Shown: positions 43,423-53,463, counted from the first letter of the stretch. The stretch is 64,000 bases of DNA from Escherichia coli (GCF_016026235.1 NZ_CP065613.1); one strand, 5' to 3'. Program-made: numbers and translations. Notes: a model not told the origin generated them from the sequence alone.

Positions 43423-44022
43423 ATGGCACATATACAACTGGTCAAACAAACCTCTTCCGGATTACTTCTCCCGGCGACGCCGGAGAGTTGCGATTTTCTG
43501 CATCAAATCAAAATAGGTGAGTGGATACACGCAGACTTTAAGCGTGTGCGTAACTACGCATTCCACAAGCGTTTTTTCAAACTCCTGCAACTGGGTTTCG
43601 ATTACTGGACTCCGGTCGGTGGGGCGATCACGCCTCGCGAACGAAAACTGGTGTCCGGTTTCGTTGATTACCTGTGTGAATCAGTAGGCCGGGAACATAC
43701 GCCAGCTCTGAGCGAAGCCGCAGAGCAATATCTGAATACAGTTGCGACACGCAGAACCCGTGATACGGCATTGCTAAAGTCGTTTGAGGCTTTCCGCGAG
43801 TGGGTAGCCATTCAGGCCGGATTTTACACCGAGCATTTTTATCCGGACGGTAGCCGTGGGTGTCGGGCGAAATCTATCGCGTTTGCGAATATGGACGAAA
43901 CCGAGTTTCAGCAGGTTTATAAATCTGTACTGAATGTGCTGTGGAACTGGATTCTGTTCCGTAAATTTTCCTCTCCGGAACAAGTCGAAAATGTGGCCGC
44001 GCAGCTGCTGGAGTTTGCGTAA
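43423..44022 (+). CDS. hypothetical nin-region protein (199 aa)
   Basis: GGAGAAAG RBS before MAHIQLVKQT. Confidence 0.45.
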   Translation: MAHIQLVKQTSSGLLLPATPESCDFLHQIKIGEWIHADFKRVRNYAFHKRFFKLLQLGFDYWTPVGGAITPRERKLVSGFVDYLCESVGREHTPALSEAAEQYLNTVATRRTRDTALLKSFEAFREWVAIQAGFYTEHFYPDGSRGCRAKSIAFANMDETEFQQVYKSVLNVLWNWILFRKFSSPEQVENVAAQLLEFA

Positions 44023-44312
44023 TGGTGGATTTACTTAAAGCGGCGCGGGGGCAGATGTGCACCGTCAGAATTCCTGGCTACTGCAATCACGATCCGGAAA
44101 CGTCTGTGCTGGCGCATTACCGACTGGCGGGAACGTGCGGAACAGCGATAAAGCCACACGATATGCAGGCAGCGATTGCCTGTAGCTCGTGCCACGATTT
44201 AATCGACGGGCGGGTAAAAACCAGCGATTACACCAAAGAAGAATTACGCCTGATGCATGCAGAAGGTGTTTTTCGCACACAAGAAATCTGGAGAAAGGAG
44301 GGATATTTATGA
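44022..44312 (+). CDS. YbcO-like (DUF1364) putative nuclease
   Basis: MVDLLKAARGQMCTVRIPGYCNHDPETSVLAHYRLAGTCGTAIKPHDMQAAIACSSCHDLIDGR resembles DLP12 YbcO. Confidence 0.6.
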   Translation: MVDLLKAARGQMCTVRIPGYCNHDPETSVLAHYRLAGTCGTAIKPHDMQAAIACSSCHDLIDGRVKTSDYTKEELRLMHAEGVFRTQEIWRKEGYL

Positions 44313-44863
44313 TTTACCCAACGAATACAGGAAAAAGCGGAGAACACCTTCGTCTCACCACGCTGGAAAGTGTCTGGATTCAGGGAAAACTACGTATGTG
44401 GGGGCGCTGGTCGTATATTGGTGGCGGTAAGACGGGGAATATGTTTAACCTGATGTTGACCTCTAAAAAGCTGACAAAAACGGCAATTAACGAGGCGCTC
44501 CGGAGGATGAAAAAAGCAGGTCTGAACAAGTCTGAACTTGAGGCTTTTTTGCGGGATATGATTAACGGTAAGCAAAAGAGCTGGCTGGCGCATTGTACTG
44601 ATGCAGAGGCGTTATGTATTGATCGGGTCATAAGTGAGGTGCTGGCAGAGCATCCAGGATTGATTAGCGTCCTTCGGCAACGGTATGAGGGGCGGGGGAT
44701 GACCAAACGCAAAATGGCTGAACTGCTGAATGATGCACACCCGAAATGGAGTTTAAGAACCTGTGAAAGACGCATTGAGCATTGGCTAAAGGTGGCAGAA
44801 TTTATTTTGTACAAACCAATGGTTATGGCTTTTGGTATAGAGAAAAAAGTTATTGCTTTTTGA
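44309..44863 (+). CDS. late-gene antiterminator Q-like protein
   Basis: AGGAGG RBS before MIYPTNTGKSGEHL; located immediately upstream of a terminator, tRNAs and lysis genes. Confidence 0.5.
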   Translation: MIYPTNTGKSGEHLRLTTLESVWIQGKLRMWGRWSYIGGGKTGNMFNLMLTSKKLTKTAINEALRRMKKAGLNKSELEAFLRDMINGKQKSWLAHCTDAEALCIDRVISEVLAEHPGLISVLRQRYEGRGMTKRKMAELLNDAHPKWSLRTCERRIEHWLKVAEFILYKPMVMAFGIEKKVIAF

Positions 44864-44937
44864 CGTAAAAACTGCTTCAATTCTTGTACGCTTCGCAAAG
44901 CTGTACCGCGAGGCGAATAGCAGACATGGACATTTGA

Positions 44938-44967
44938 AAGAGCCCGCTTTATGCGGGTTTTTTTATA
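44938..44967 (+). terminator. rho-independent terminator downstream of Q (tR'-like)
   Basis: agcccgc-ttta-tgcgggt followed by 7 T. Confidence 0.7.
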
Positions 44968-45052
44968 CCTGAAAAACGGCACAGGACGTTAAACGTGCTG
45001 GTGGTCAGATGAGTTTGCAGATGTGATGACATATGGTTATTATTCTGCCTCC

Positions 45053-45129
45053 GGCCCTTTAGCTCAGTTGGTCAGAGCGAGCGACTCATAATCGCCAGGT
45101 CGCTGGTTCAAGTCCAGCAAGGGCCACCA
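45053..45129 (+). tRNA. tRNA-Ile2 (anticodon CAU, lysidine-type; close relative of E. coli ileX)
   Basis: GGCCCTTTAGCTCAGTTGGTCAGAGCGAGCGACTCATAATCGCCAGGTCGCTGGTTCAAGTCCAGCAAGGGCCACCA; cannot fully exclude Met by sequence alone. Confidence 0.8.
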
Positions 45130-45130
45130 A

Positions 45131-45207
45131 CCACCACTAGCTCATCCGGATAGAGCATCAACCTTCTAAGTTGACGGTGCGAGGTTCGAGTCCTCGGTGG
45201 TGGGCCA
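45131..45207 (+). tRNA. tRNA-Arg (anticodon UCU)
   Basis: CCACCACTAGCTCATCCGGATAGAGCATCAACCTTCTAAGTTGACGGTGCGAGGTTCGAGTCCTCGGTGGTGGGCCA; cloverleaf folds, C1-G72 pair. Confidence 0.75.
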
Positions 45208-45209
45208 GC

Positions 45210-45285
<76 letters not shown>

Positions 45286-45288
45286 TAT

Positions 45289-45363
<75 letters not shown>

Positions 45364-45810
45364 GCGAGATTTGAGACGAAGGTTGTTATTTGCACTGACA
45401 CAATATTGTGTGGGAATGTCTGACTCCTTACCATCTCCTGTTCTGTGATGTTGTTTTGTTGCAGTTCCAGTGCTCTTTTTTCAGCACCAGAATGGTGCAT
45501 TGTCGGTCAGGTTACGTAGTGAACCTCTGGCAGGGGACTGATAATGCATCATTCTGGTGTTGTAAATATCTCTTCGGACAACTTACAAAATATTCTAAGC
45601 AAACCCCGGGAACACACTCTTAACTGCCTTGGCTGGCGGTTTTTTGTACAGTGCTCGGTATGTGTGAGCTGGAAATCAGATTTTGCATGGACTGGAATCA
45701 TGCTGTTATTTAGGGGCGAAGAACTGGCTTTTTCTTCCGCCTTCTCACCAGTAATGATTAGAAAAATAATGAAATGCCCCCTCCGGGGAGGAGGACCGTA
45801 GAAAAAAGGA

Positions 45811-45867
45811 CCCGCCAGCAAAAACATTGGGGATGAACAGCTTTCGCTACTCAGATTGCTGGCGGGT
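45811..45867. other. 11-bp perfect inverted repeat with about 35-nt loop in noncoding DNA
   Basis: cccgccagcaa ... ttgctggcggg. Confidence 0.6.
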
Positions 45868-45974
45868 AAAGTTCCTCATGAATTAAGAATGCTACGCGAT
45901 CTTTTTTAATGGAAATGAAAATTATTGTCAATTAGACGTGCGTGTTTTTTCATACAATATTGGTAAAGGTGATT

Positions 45975-46008
45975 CAGGCCATCAGAGTTTTGCTGATGGC
46001 CTTTTTTC
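45975..46008 (+). terminator. rho-independent terminator just upstream of the holin gene
   Basis: ggccatcag-agttttg-ctgatggcc followed by tttttt. Confidence 0.7.
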
Positions 46009-46042
46009 TTTCCGATAGCACAGGTCTGTCGGGGGGCGGGAT

Positions 46043-46258
46043 ATGTATCAGATGGAAAAAATATCAACAGGCATTGCCTACGGCACCTCCGCCGGCAGTG
46101 CCGGCTACTGGTTTTTGCAGTGGTTGGATCAGGTCAGTCCATCACAGTGGGCTGCGATTGGTGTGCTGGGAAGTCTGCTTCTGGGGCTTCTGACTTATCT
46201 GACGAATCTGTATTTCAAAATAAGAGAAGATAAGCGTAAGGCTGCGAGAGGTGAATAA
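46043..46258 (+). CDS. S: phage-21-type pinholin S with dual start
   Basis: [71 protein letters not shown]; Met1 and Met4 give antiholin/holin starts; two TM segments. Confidence 0.85.
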   Translation: MYQMEKISTGIAYGTSAGSAGYWFLQWLDQVSPSQWAAIGVLGSLLLGLLTYLTNLYFKIREDKRKAARGE

Positions 46259-46755
46259 TGTCGCCATCATTACGCAAGGCTGTTGCAGTTGCTATTGGTG
46301 GCGGGGCTGTTGCTATAGCATCTGTGTTAATCACTGGCCCAGGTGGTAACGATGGTCTGGAAGGTGTCAGCTACATACCATACAAAGATATCATTGGTGT
46401 ATGGACTGTATGTCACGGACACACCGGAAAAGACATCATGCCTGGTAAAACGTATACCGAAGCAGAATGCAAAGCTCTCCTGAATAAAGACCTTGCCACT
46501 GTCGCCAGACAAATTAACCCGTACATCAAAGTCGATATACCGGAAACAACGCGCGGCGCTCTTTACTCGTTCGTTTACAACGTGGGCGCTGGCAATTTCA
46601 GAACATCGACGCTTCTTCGCAAAATAAACCAGGGCGATATCAAAGGCGCATGTGACCAGCTACGTCGCTGGACATATGCTGGCGGTAAGCAATGGAAAGG
46701 GCTGATGACCCGTCGTGAGATTGAGCGTGAAGTCTGTTTGTGGGGGCAGCAATGA
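46258..46755 (+). CDS. R: SAR endolysin (lysozyme with N-terminal signal-arrest-release segment)
   Basis: weakly hydrophobic Gly/Ala-rich N-terminal segment [20 protein letters not shown] then lysozyme-like domain; ATG overlaps holin stop. Confidence 0.8.
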   Translation: MSPSLRKAVAVAIGGGAVAIASVLITGPGGNDGLEGVSYIPYKDIIGVWTVCHGHTGKDIMPGKTYTEAECKALLNKDLATVARQINPYIKVDIPETTRGALYSFVYNVGAGNFRTSTLLRKINQGDIKGACDQLRRWTYAGGKQWKGLMTRREIEREVCLWGQQ

Positions 46756-47222
46756 GCAGAGTCACCGCGATTATCTCCGCTCTGGTTATCTGCATCATCG
46801 TCTGCCTGTCATGGGCTGTTAATCATTACCGTGATAACGCCATTACCTACAAAGAGCAGCGCGACAAAAACGCAAGAGAACTGAAGCTGGCGAACGCAAC
46901 CATTACTGACATGCAGCAGCGCCAGCGTGCTGCTGATGCACTCGATGCTAAATACACGAAGGAGTTAGCCAATGCGAAAGCTGAAAATGATGCTCTTCGG
47001 CGCAAGCTTGATAATGGTGGTTGGGTGCTCGTCAAAGGAAAATGCCCTGTGCCATCCTCAGCCGAAACCTCCAGCGCCTCCGGCATGGGCAATGATGCCA
47101 CCGTCGAACTCTCTCCAGTTGCTGGACGAAACGTTCTCGGTATCCGGGACGGAATCATCAGCGACCAGACAGCATTGAGAATGCTTCAGGAGTACATCAG
47201 GATCCAATGCCTTGGGGGGTAG
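46752..47222 (+). CDS. Rz: i-spanin Rz
   Basis: [24 protein letters not shown]-terminal TM, coiled-coil periplasmic domain; follows endolysin. Confidence 0.8.
   Translation: MSRVTAIISALVICIIVCLSWAVNHYRDNAITYKEQRDKNARELKLANATITDMQQRQRAADALDAKYTKELANAKAENDALRRKLDNGGWVLVKGKCPVPSSAETSSASGMGNDATVELSPVAGRNVLGIRDGIISDQTALRMLQEYIRIQCLGG
46972..47178 (+). CDS. Rz1: o-spanin Rz1, embedded in +1 frame within Rz
   Basis: [21 protein letters not shown] lipobox, proline-rich mature part ([18 protein letters not shown]). Confidence 0.8.
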   Translation: MRKLKMMLFGASLIMVVGCSSKENALCHPQPKPPAPPAWAMMPPSNSLQLLDETFSVSGTESSATRQH

Positions 47223-47310
47223 CGGTAATTTTACTCATTATCCTTCAAATCAGATTCTGTTGTCAGAGGAATGGGGGAAGCTGGATTCGCAAGAGCTTTT
47301 TATGGGCAGT

Positions 47311-47823
47311 TTAGCTAAAAAAAGGCAACACGAAGCTAAAACTACCAACATAAAGTGCTGACCAGCTAGCAGCTGAAATCAGACTCACTGTATACACTTT
47401 CACTGGATGAAGTTGCAACATTCCTGCCACCAAAGGAGCAATATAACGCAGCACGGCGATAAAGCGCGAAGTGAAAAGTATTGACACAGAGTTATTTTGC
47501 AACTGAAGGCGAACCCGTTCTATTGTATTGGAACGGCTCGATATTATACATGCAAGTTGAGGGATATGCCCAATTATTATACCAAGATGGTAATTAACGA
47601 TAGTACCGCACCATGCGCCACTCATGACCGTGATTCCAGCTTCCCATGGTGAAAGAGTCGTCTTGCTGACTGTAATTACAGTGGCCATCATAATTGATGC
47701 TGGTGGCAATATCGCCGAAATGAGTAAAGTGGATTTTGTGAACGCTATTATAAAAAGAAGCCCCCATAGGCGATATGGATGAAGTACAAAATAGTTCATC
47801 AAAGCATTTATCCACTCCATCAA
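47311..47823 (-). CDS. YqaA/DedA-like inner-membrane protein (cargo gene between lysis and terminase)
   Basis: 170-aa polytopic protein; segment LISAILPPASIMMATVITVSKTTLSPWEAGITVMSGAWCGTIVNYHLG resembles the YqaA TLLPGNSEVVLVAM...GNSLGG region; opposite strand to flanking late genes. Confidence 0.45.
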   Translation of the reverse strand: MMEWINALMNYFVLHPYRLWGLLFIIAFTKSTLLISAILPPASIMMATVITVSKTTLSPWEAGITVMSGAWCGTIVNYHLGIIIGHIPQLACIISSRSNTIERVRLQLQNNSVSILFTSRFIAVLRYIAPLVAGMLQLHPVKVYTVSLISAASWSALYVGSFSFVLPFFS

Positions 47824-48017
47824 TGTCTTTCCTTCTGTGAATTTTTCTTTGCTATTTAACCGTGATACGACTTAATTTAGGCTTAAACACCTTACATTTA
47901 CAAGGTACTCCTGTGGGGGGCCCTGCCACGGAGCGTCGCAGGAGTGAGTGATGAGGAAGAATTAAAGCAACCTATTGTGACAGGCAGCGATAACAGTAAA
48001 TCACAGGAAGCATAATC

Positions 48018-48782
48018 ATGGCAAAACCGGACTGGGAGGCCATCGAATCGGCATACCGGGCCGGAGTCCTTAGCCTCCGTGATATAGGCGAGAAATACGG
48101 CGTTACAGAAGGGGCTATCAGGAAGAGGGCCAAAAAGCTTGGTTGGGCACGCAGTGGCGGTACGCAGGTTTGCAAAAATGGTACGCAAAAAAGGAAAGTG
48201 CGTACCAGCAGAAAGCCTGCCATTACTGGCCTTACACAAAAAAGTACGCAACTAAAAACAGAATCTACACCGGATACGAAACCGATACGCGGAATGCGTA
48301 CCGATCCCCCGACTAACCCATTCCAACCCGGTAACCAGCAGGCATTAAAACACGGTGGTTATGCCCGTCGCCTTCTGCTCAAAGATGAGGTGATAGAGGA
48401 CGCTAAAGCGTTGACGCTCGAGGACGAATTATTTCGCCTTCGTGCTAACAACCTTGTCGCTGCAGAGAATATTGGCCGGTGGTTGGTGTCGCTGGAAGAT
48501 GCTAATGGGGACCAGGAAAGGAAGATGCTGATTGAAAATATCAGCGCCGCCGAGAAAGCAATGATGCGCAATACAGTTCGTATTGAGTCCATCGTTGGCA
48601 CGCTTGCGACGGTAGGAAAAATATTTGCTGATACAGCCTACCGCAAGGCCGCCACTGATAAGGTGTCTCTGGAGGCTGATCGTCTTCGCCGTGATGCAGG
48701 TATTGATGATGGCAATGGAGAGCGTGACCTCAATGACTTCTACTCTGACATCCAAACCGACGCTGAATCCGGCTTTACGTAG
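48018..48782 (+). CDS. terminase small subunit
   Basis: N-terminal HTH-like region (VLSLRDIGEKYGVTEGAIRKRAKKLGW), basic linker; directly precedes large terminase. Confidence 0.55.
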   Translation: MAKPDWEAIESAYRAGVLSLRDIGEKYGVTEGAIRKRAKKLGWARSGGTQVCKNGTQKRKVRTSRKPAITGLTQKSTQLKTESTPDTKPIRGMRTDPPTNPFQPGNQQALKHGGYARRLLLKDEVIEDAKALTLEDELFRLRANNLVAAENIGRWLVSLEDANGDQERKMLIENISAAEKAMMRNTVRIESIVGTLATVGKIFADTAYRKAATDKVSLEADRLRRDAGIDDGNGERDLNDFYSDIQTDAESGFT

Positions 48783-50136
48783 TTTCTGGACTATGCGGGC
48801 ACGTAACAAAGTGCTTTATGGTGGTCGGTCATCGTCAAAATCATGGGATGCCGCTGGCATTGCCATATTTCTGTCGAATAAATACACCCTGCGTTTTTGT
48901 TGTGCCCGTCAGATCCAGAATAAAATCGAAGAGTCGGTGTATACCCTGCTCAAAATTCAGATAGACAGGTTTGGTCTGCGGCACCGTTTCCGTATTCTGA
49001 ACAACAAAATCATAAACCGGGTTACTGGCTCGGAATTTGTTTTTTATGGATTATGGCGCAACATCGAAGAAATTAAGTCACTGGAGGGGATCGATGTGTT
49101 GTGGCTGGAAGAAGCCCACGCACTGACGGAATACCAGTGGAAAATTCTGGAGCCAACGATCCGTAAAGAGGGTTCGGAATGCTGGTTCATATTCAACCCC
49201 GGACTTGTTACTGATTTCGTCTGGCGCAACTTCGTTGTTGATCCGCCCGAAGGCACTCTCATCCGCAAAATTAACTATGACGAAAATCCGTTTCTGTCTG
49301 ACACCATGCTTAAGGTTATCGACGCGGCGCGACGCCGTGATCCGGATGGTTTTAAACATGTGTATGAGGGCGTTCCGGAGTCTGATGATGATGCGGCAAT
49401 CATCAAACTGTCTTGGATAGAAGCCGCAGTGGATGCGCACAAAACGTTAAATTTCGAACCCAGTGGAAGAAAGCGTATTGGCTTTGACGTGGCTGACAGT
49501 GGTACAGATAAGTGCGCTAACGTTTACCGTCACGGATCCGTTGTTTTCTGGGCCGACGAATGGAAGGCCAAAGAAGATGAATTACTGAAGAGCTGCCAGC
49601 GTACTTATCAGGCGGCGCTGGAGCGTGAAGCAGATATTGTTTACGACTCTATCGGTGTTGGTGCGTCTGCCGGTGCTAAATTCTCTGAAATTAACGCTGA
49701 CCGGAAGAGCGAGAACGCATACGCGCGACGTGTGAATTACCAGAGGTTTAACGCCGGTGCTGGTGTGCATGAGCCAGATGACGAGTACAACGGCATCCCC
49801 AACAAAGACTTTTTCGCAAATCTTAAGGCTCAGGCATGGTGGCTGGTGGCTGACCGTTTCAGAAATACGTTTAACGCCATTAACAACGGAGAACAGTATC
49901 CTGTGGATGAGCTGATCAGCATAGATTCTCGTTGTCCGTTGCTTGAAAAGCTGAAACTGGAACTGACAACACCTCATCGTGATTTCGACCGTAACGGACG
50001 TGTGATGGTCGAAAGTAAAAAAGCCCTCGCAAAACGCGAGATACCGTCACCAAACGTTGCTGATGCATTCATTATGGCCTTCGCGCCAATCGATACATCG
50101 CTGGATATCTGGGAACAGCTGGGGAGACAGGCCTGA
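48733..50136 (+). CDS. terminase large subunit (start uncertain; alternative ATG at about 48793)
   Basis: Walker A-like YGGRSSSKSWDAAG near N-terminus, Walker B VLWLEEAH, nuclease-like C-terminal region. Confidence 0.6.
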   Translation: MTSTLTSKPTLNPALRSFWTMRARNKVLYGGRSSSKSWDAAGIAIFLSNKYTLRFCCARQIQNKIEESVYTLLKIQIDRFGLRHRFRILNNKIINRVTGSEFVFYGLWRNIEEIKSLEGIDVLWLEEAHALTEYQWKILEPTIRKEGSECWFIFNPGLVTDFVWRNFVVDPPEGTLIRKINYDENPFLSDTMLKVIDAARRRDPDGFKHVYEGVPESDDDAAIIKLSWIEAAVDAHKTLNFEPSGRKRIGFDVADSGTDKCANVYRHGSVVFWADEWKAKEDELLKSCQRTYQAALEREADIVYDSIGVGASAGAKFSEINADRKSENAYARRVNYQRFNAGAGVHEPDDEYNGIPNKDFFANLKAQAWWLVADRFRNTFNAINNGEQYPVDELISIDSRCPLLEKLKLELTTPHRDFDRNGRVMVESKKALAKREIPSPNVADAFIMAFAPIDTSLDIWEQLGRQA

Positions 50137-51602
50137 TGGCACGAAACAAACAAGCCCTGCGGCGAACTGTGCAGGCCACAGCTGATGGTTATGAGAATTT
50201 TATTGCCCGCGTAGGGATGCAGACACCTAACCAGCACTCAGCATCCACCTACCGGGCTAATTTCACCAGTCGTAACCGCATGCTGGTGGAATGGTCCTAT
50301 CGTTCATCCTGGATCATCGGCGAAGCAGTCGATGCTATCCCGGATGATATGACCCGCAAAGGCATTCGCATCACTTCGGAAATTGATGCAAAAGATCGTG
50401 GCATTCTCGAATCACAACTGGATGAGTTGCAAATCTGGGATGCGCTGAATGACGTGCTGAAATGGTCGCGCCTCTACGGCGGCGCGGTGGGTTTCATCAT
50501 GATTGAGGGGCAGGCACCAATGACCCCGCTGCGACCCGAAACCATCGGTAAGGGCAAGTTTAAGGGGATTCTCCCGCTCGACCGCTGGATGGTCGACCCG
50601 GCACTGACCCGCCGCATTAAAGATATGGGGCCGGACCTGGGTAAACCTGAGTTTTACGATGTGGTGACCACAGCAACGGGAATTCCTGCCTGGCGCATTC
50701 ATCACAGTCGCCTGATTCGCTTTGATGGCGTCACGTTGCCATTTCAGCAGAAGATGACCGAGAACGAATGGGGAATGTCGGTTGTAGAGCGTATCTGGGA
50801 TCGTCTTACCGCGTTCGACAGCGCTACTGTCGGCGCGGCGCAGCTGGTCTACAAGGCGCATTTGCGTACCTACAGCGTGGAGAAGCTACGCGAGCTTATC
50901 GCACTTGGTGGTCCTGCGTATGAAGCGTTGCTGAAGAATATCGACCTGATTCGACAGTTCCAGAGTAATGAAGGCATGACGCTCATGGACTCGCGGGATA
51001 AGTTTGAAACCCATCAGTACAGCTTCAGTGGTCTGGATGACATCCTTTCGCAGTTTGCAGAACAGATTAGTGGCGCTGTTGGTATCCCACTGGTGCGGTT
51101 GTTCGGACAGTCCCCGAAAGGATTTTCTACCGGTGATGCAGACCTTGCCAACTATTACGATCGCATCAGTTCGTTGCAGGAGAGGCGTTTACGTCTTCCG
51201 GTGCGGCGGATACTGGACATCATGCATCGTTCGGAACTTGGCAAGCCGCTGCCGGACGATTTCACGTTTGAGTTTAACCCGCTCTGGCAAATGTCTGATG
51301 TCGATCGCTCAACGGTGGCGTTAAACACCACCAACGCAATCAGTACGGCGCTGGGTGATGGTCTGATGACACTGAAAGCCGCTATGACTGATTTGCGAGA
51401 AAATTCTGACGTAACCGGCATCGGGGCATCCATTACCGACGAGGACATCGAGAATGCCGAAGATGAAGCGCCGCCCGGCATCGGCGAACCTGATGACGAA
51501 CCGCAGGAGCCGTCAGGCGGAAATCCGGTATCGAACCAGCCTACGCAGGATAGCGAGGGCGGTCGGAGACATCGTAAATGGTCGCTACGATGGTTCAAAT
51601 GA
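50136..51602 (+). CDS. portal protein
   Basis: 488-aa protein directly after terminase with acidic C-terminus; synteny. Confidence 0.5.
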   Translation: MARNKQALRRTVQATADGYENFIARVGMQTPNQHSASTYRANFTSRNRMLVEWSYRSSWIIGEAVDAIPDDMTRKGIRITSEIDAKDRGILESQLDELQIWDALNDVLKWSRLYGGAVGFIMIEGQAPMTPLRPETIGKGKFKGILPLDRWMVDPALTRRIKDMGPDLGKPEFYDVVTTATGIPAWRIHHSRLIRFDGVTLPFQQKMTENEWGMSVVERIWDRLTAFDSATVGAAQLVYKAHLRTYSVEKLRELIALGGPAYEALLKNIDLIRQFQSNEGMTLMDSRDKFETHQYSFSGLDDILSQFAEQISGAVGIPLVRLFGQSPKGFSTGDADLANYYDRISSLQERRLRLPVRRILDIMHRSELGKPLPDDFTFEFNPLWQMSDVDRSTVALNTTNAISTALGDGLMTLKAAMTDLRENSDVTGIGASITDEDIENAEDEAPPGIGEPDDEPQEPSGGNPVSNQPTQDSEGGRRHRKWSLRWFK

Positions 51603-52236
51603 CAGTATCACGGAAATTATTGCGGCGCTGGAGCGTTACAGTGAAATCATCACCCCCTGGGCGACAAAGGTCGCGGAAAACTTTACTGCGGACCTAACCC
51701 GGCAGAACGAGAAAGTTTGGCGGCAACACAGCAAGAACATCAGTCGCGAGCTCCGCAATCTTGTGGAAAGCGCTCCTGTGGGCCAGGTGATGCAATCCAT
51801 CATCGCCGAACAGGTCAAGTACATCAAATCTCTGCCTCTCGAGGCCGCAGACAGGGTGTACGACATCCAGAACAAAGCGATAGAGGCTGTTGTCACCGGT
51901 GGTCGGGCGGAGCAGTTTGCTAAAGAGATTGCATCTACCGGCGATGTTGCTAAGTCTAGGGCCGATCTGATTGCCCGAACGGAACTGGGAAGAGCAACGG
52001 GCGCGCTGGATATGGCCCGAGCGATAGCTATTGGCTCGGATGGTTATATTTGGCGTACAGCCGATGATGGCGATGTCCGAGATTCCCACGATCACATGAA
52101 AGGTAAATTCGTCCGCTGGGATTCACCTCCAACTTTGGACGGCATGACCGGCCACGCGGGCGAGCTGCCAAACTGCCGCTGCTATAAAGAGATCGTGTTT
52201 GTTCGCGTTCCATTCGCAATGAAAAGGGCAGCATAA
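51454..52236 (+). CDS. head morphogenesis protein (SPP1 gp7 / Mu F-like)
   Basis: C-terminal motif YIWRTADDGDVRDSHDHMKGKF...NCRCY typical of this family; overlaps portal 3' end in another frame. Confidence 0.55.
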   Translation: MPKMKRRPASANLMTNRRSRQAEIRYRTSLRRIARAVGDIVNGRYDGSNDSITEIIAALERYSEIITPWATKVAENFTADLTRQNEKVWRQHSKNISRELRNLVESAPVGQVMQSIIAEQVKYIKSLPLEAADRVYDIQNKAIEAVVTGGRAEQFAKEIASTGDVAKSRADLIARTELGRATGALDMARAIAIGSDGYIWRTADDGDVRDSHDHMKGKFVRWDSPPTLDGMTGHAGELPNCRCYKEIVFVRVPFAMKRAA

Positions 52237-52239
52237 CCC

Positions 52240-53460
52240 ATGAAATACTTTTTTGAGACCAGGCTCGGGGAAACCCGATACCGCCTGGCTGACGGCTCGT
52301 TGCTGTGCAAAGACGTGCCGATAGGACGAACAGGTAAGCAGCTCTATGGTGCTGATGACCTGCCAAAACTGAAACCCGATAAGTTCGGTGAAATAGTCGT
52401 CACGCGTTCTCCTGAGCAGGTATTCCATCCGGCCACGCTTGCCTCATTCGAAGGGATGAGCATCACGATCCTGCATCCTGAAGATGAAAACGGGAATGTG
52501 CGGCTGGTAAATCCCGAGAACTGGAAAGAGCTTGCTGTCGGGCACCTCCAGAATGTCCGGCGCGGGACGGGTGAGCAGTCTGATTTGATGCTGGCTGACC
52601 TTATCGTCAAAGACGAAAGCGCCATTCAGCTTATCGAAGATGGCCTGCGCGAAGTGTCGTGCGGCTATGACGCGGAGTACGAGCAGACCGAGCCAGGTAA
52701 AGCCGAGCAGGTCGATATTACCGGAAACCATGTGGCTCTTGTCCCTAAAGGCAGAGCCGGAAATCGTTGTGCAATTGGAGACAGAGACACAATGGCAAAT
52801 CAAAAGAAAAACTGGTGGAACCGCATGCGTGCGGCCATCAAGACAGGAGATGCCGACACCATGAACGAACTGGTGGAGTCGGCTCCCGCATCGGTTACAG
52901 GAGATGAGGGGGATTTGCCGCAGGGCGTTAATCTCAACATCAACCTGTCCCCGCAGCAACCACTACCGGACAAAGCACCAGAGATGGGCGGAGATCCAAC
53001 CGGCGACAGTGATGATGACCTCAAAACATTACTGAAAGCCCTGCTGGCTAAGCTGGAAAGAAATGCCACGGGCGATAACGATAATAAGCCTGACGATAAT
53101 CCGACCGGTGACGGCGAGGACGATGAAGAGGAAACCACGATTACTGGTGACTCAGCCTGGCGTGCCGAAGTTATCGTTCCGGGTATCGATCTGAGCCGTA
53201 AGATGAAACCGACCGCGTTCAAACGCGAGGTTCTGGCTTCTGCTGACAAAACGCTGGTTCGCCAGATAGTCGGTGATGCGGATATCCGCAAATTACCGAA
53301 ACAATCGGTCGACATGGCGTTTAATGCCGTGTCTGAGGTTGCCAAAGGGCGAAACACCCGCGCCACCACCGGCGATGCACAGCGCCTAAACATGGGCATG
53401 ACCAGTATCGCTTCCCTGAACAAACAAAACGCTGAATTCTGGGCAAGCCGTAAAGGGTAA
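52240..53460 (+). CDS. putative scaffold/prohead-processing protein
   Basis: 406 aa with acidic low-complexity middle; position between morphogenesis and capsid genes. Confidence 0.3.
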   Translation: MKYFFETRLGETRYRLADGSLLCKDVPIGRTGKQLYGADDLPKLKPDKFGEIVVTRSPEQVFHPATLASFEGMSITILHPEDENGNVRLVNPENWKELAVGHLQNVRRGTGEQSDLMLADLIVKDESAIQLIEDGLREVSCGYDAEYEQTEPGKAEQVDITGNHVALVPKGRAGNRCAIGDRDTMANQKKNWWNRMRAAIKTGDADTMNELVESAPASVTGDEGDLPQGVNLNINLSPQQPLPDKAPEMGGDPTGDSDDDLKTLLKALLAKLERNATGDNDNKPDDNPTGDGEDDEEETTITGDSAWRAEVIVPGIDLSRKMKPTAFKREVLASADKTLVRQIVGDADIRKLPKQSVDMAFNAVSEVAKGRNTRATTGDAQRLNMGMTSIASLNKQNAEFWASRKG

Positions 53461-53463
53461 AAA

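Noticed and set aside
45364-46042. Shiga-toxin-like cargo between the Q/tRNA region and the holin
   Set aside because: No ORF of suitable size with a signal peptide or RBS; only short overlapping ORFs (45408-45827) are present.
51454-51602. 149-nt overlap between portal and head-morphogenesis ORFs as a possible programmed frameshift
   Set aside because: No slippery heptamer noticed; more likely the true start of the downstream gene is an internal Met (for example about 51493) or the portal C-terminus is as given. Left as ordinary gene overlap.
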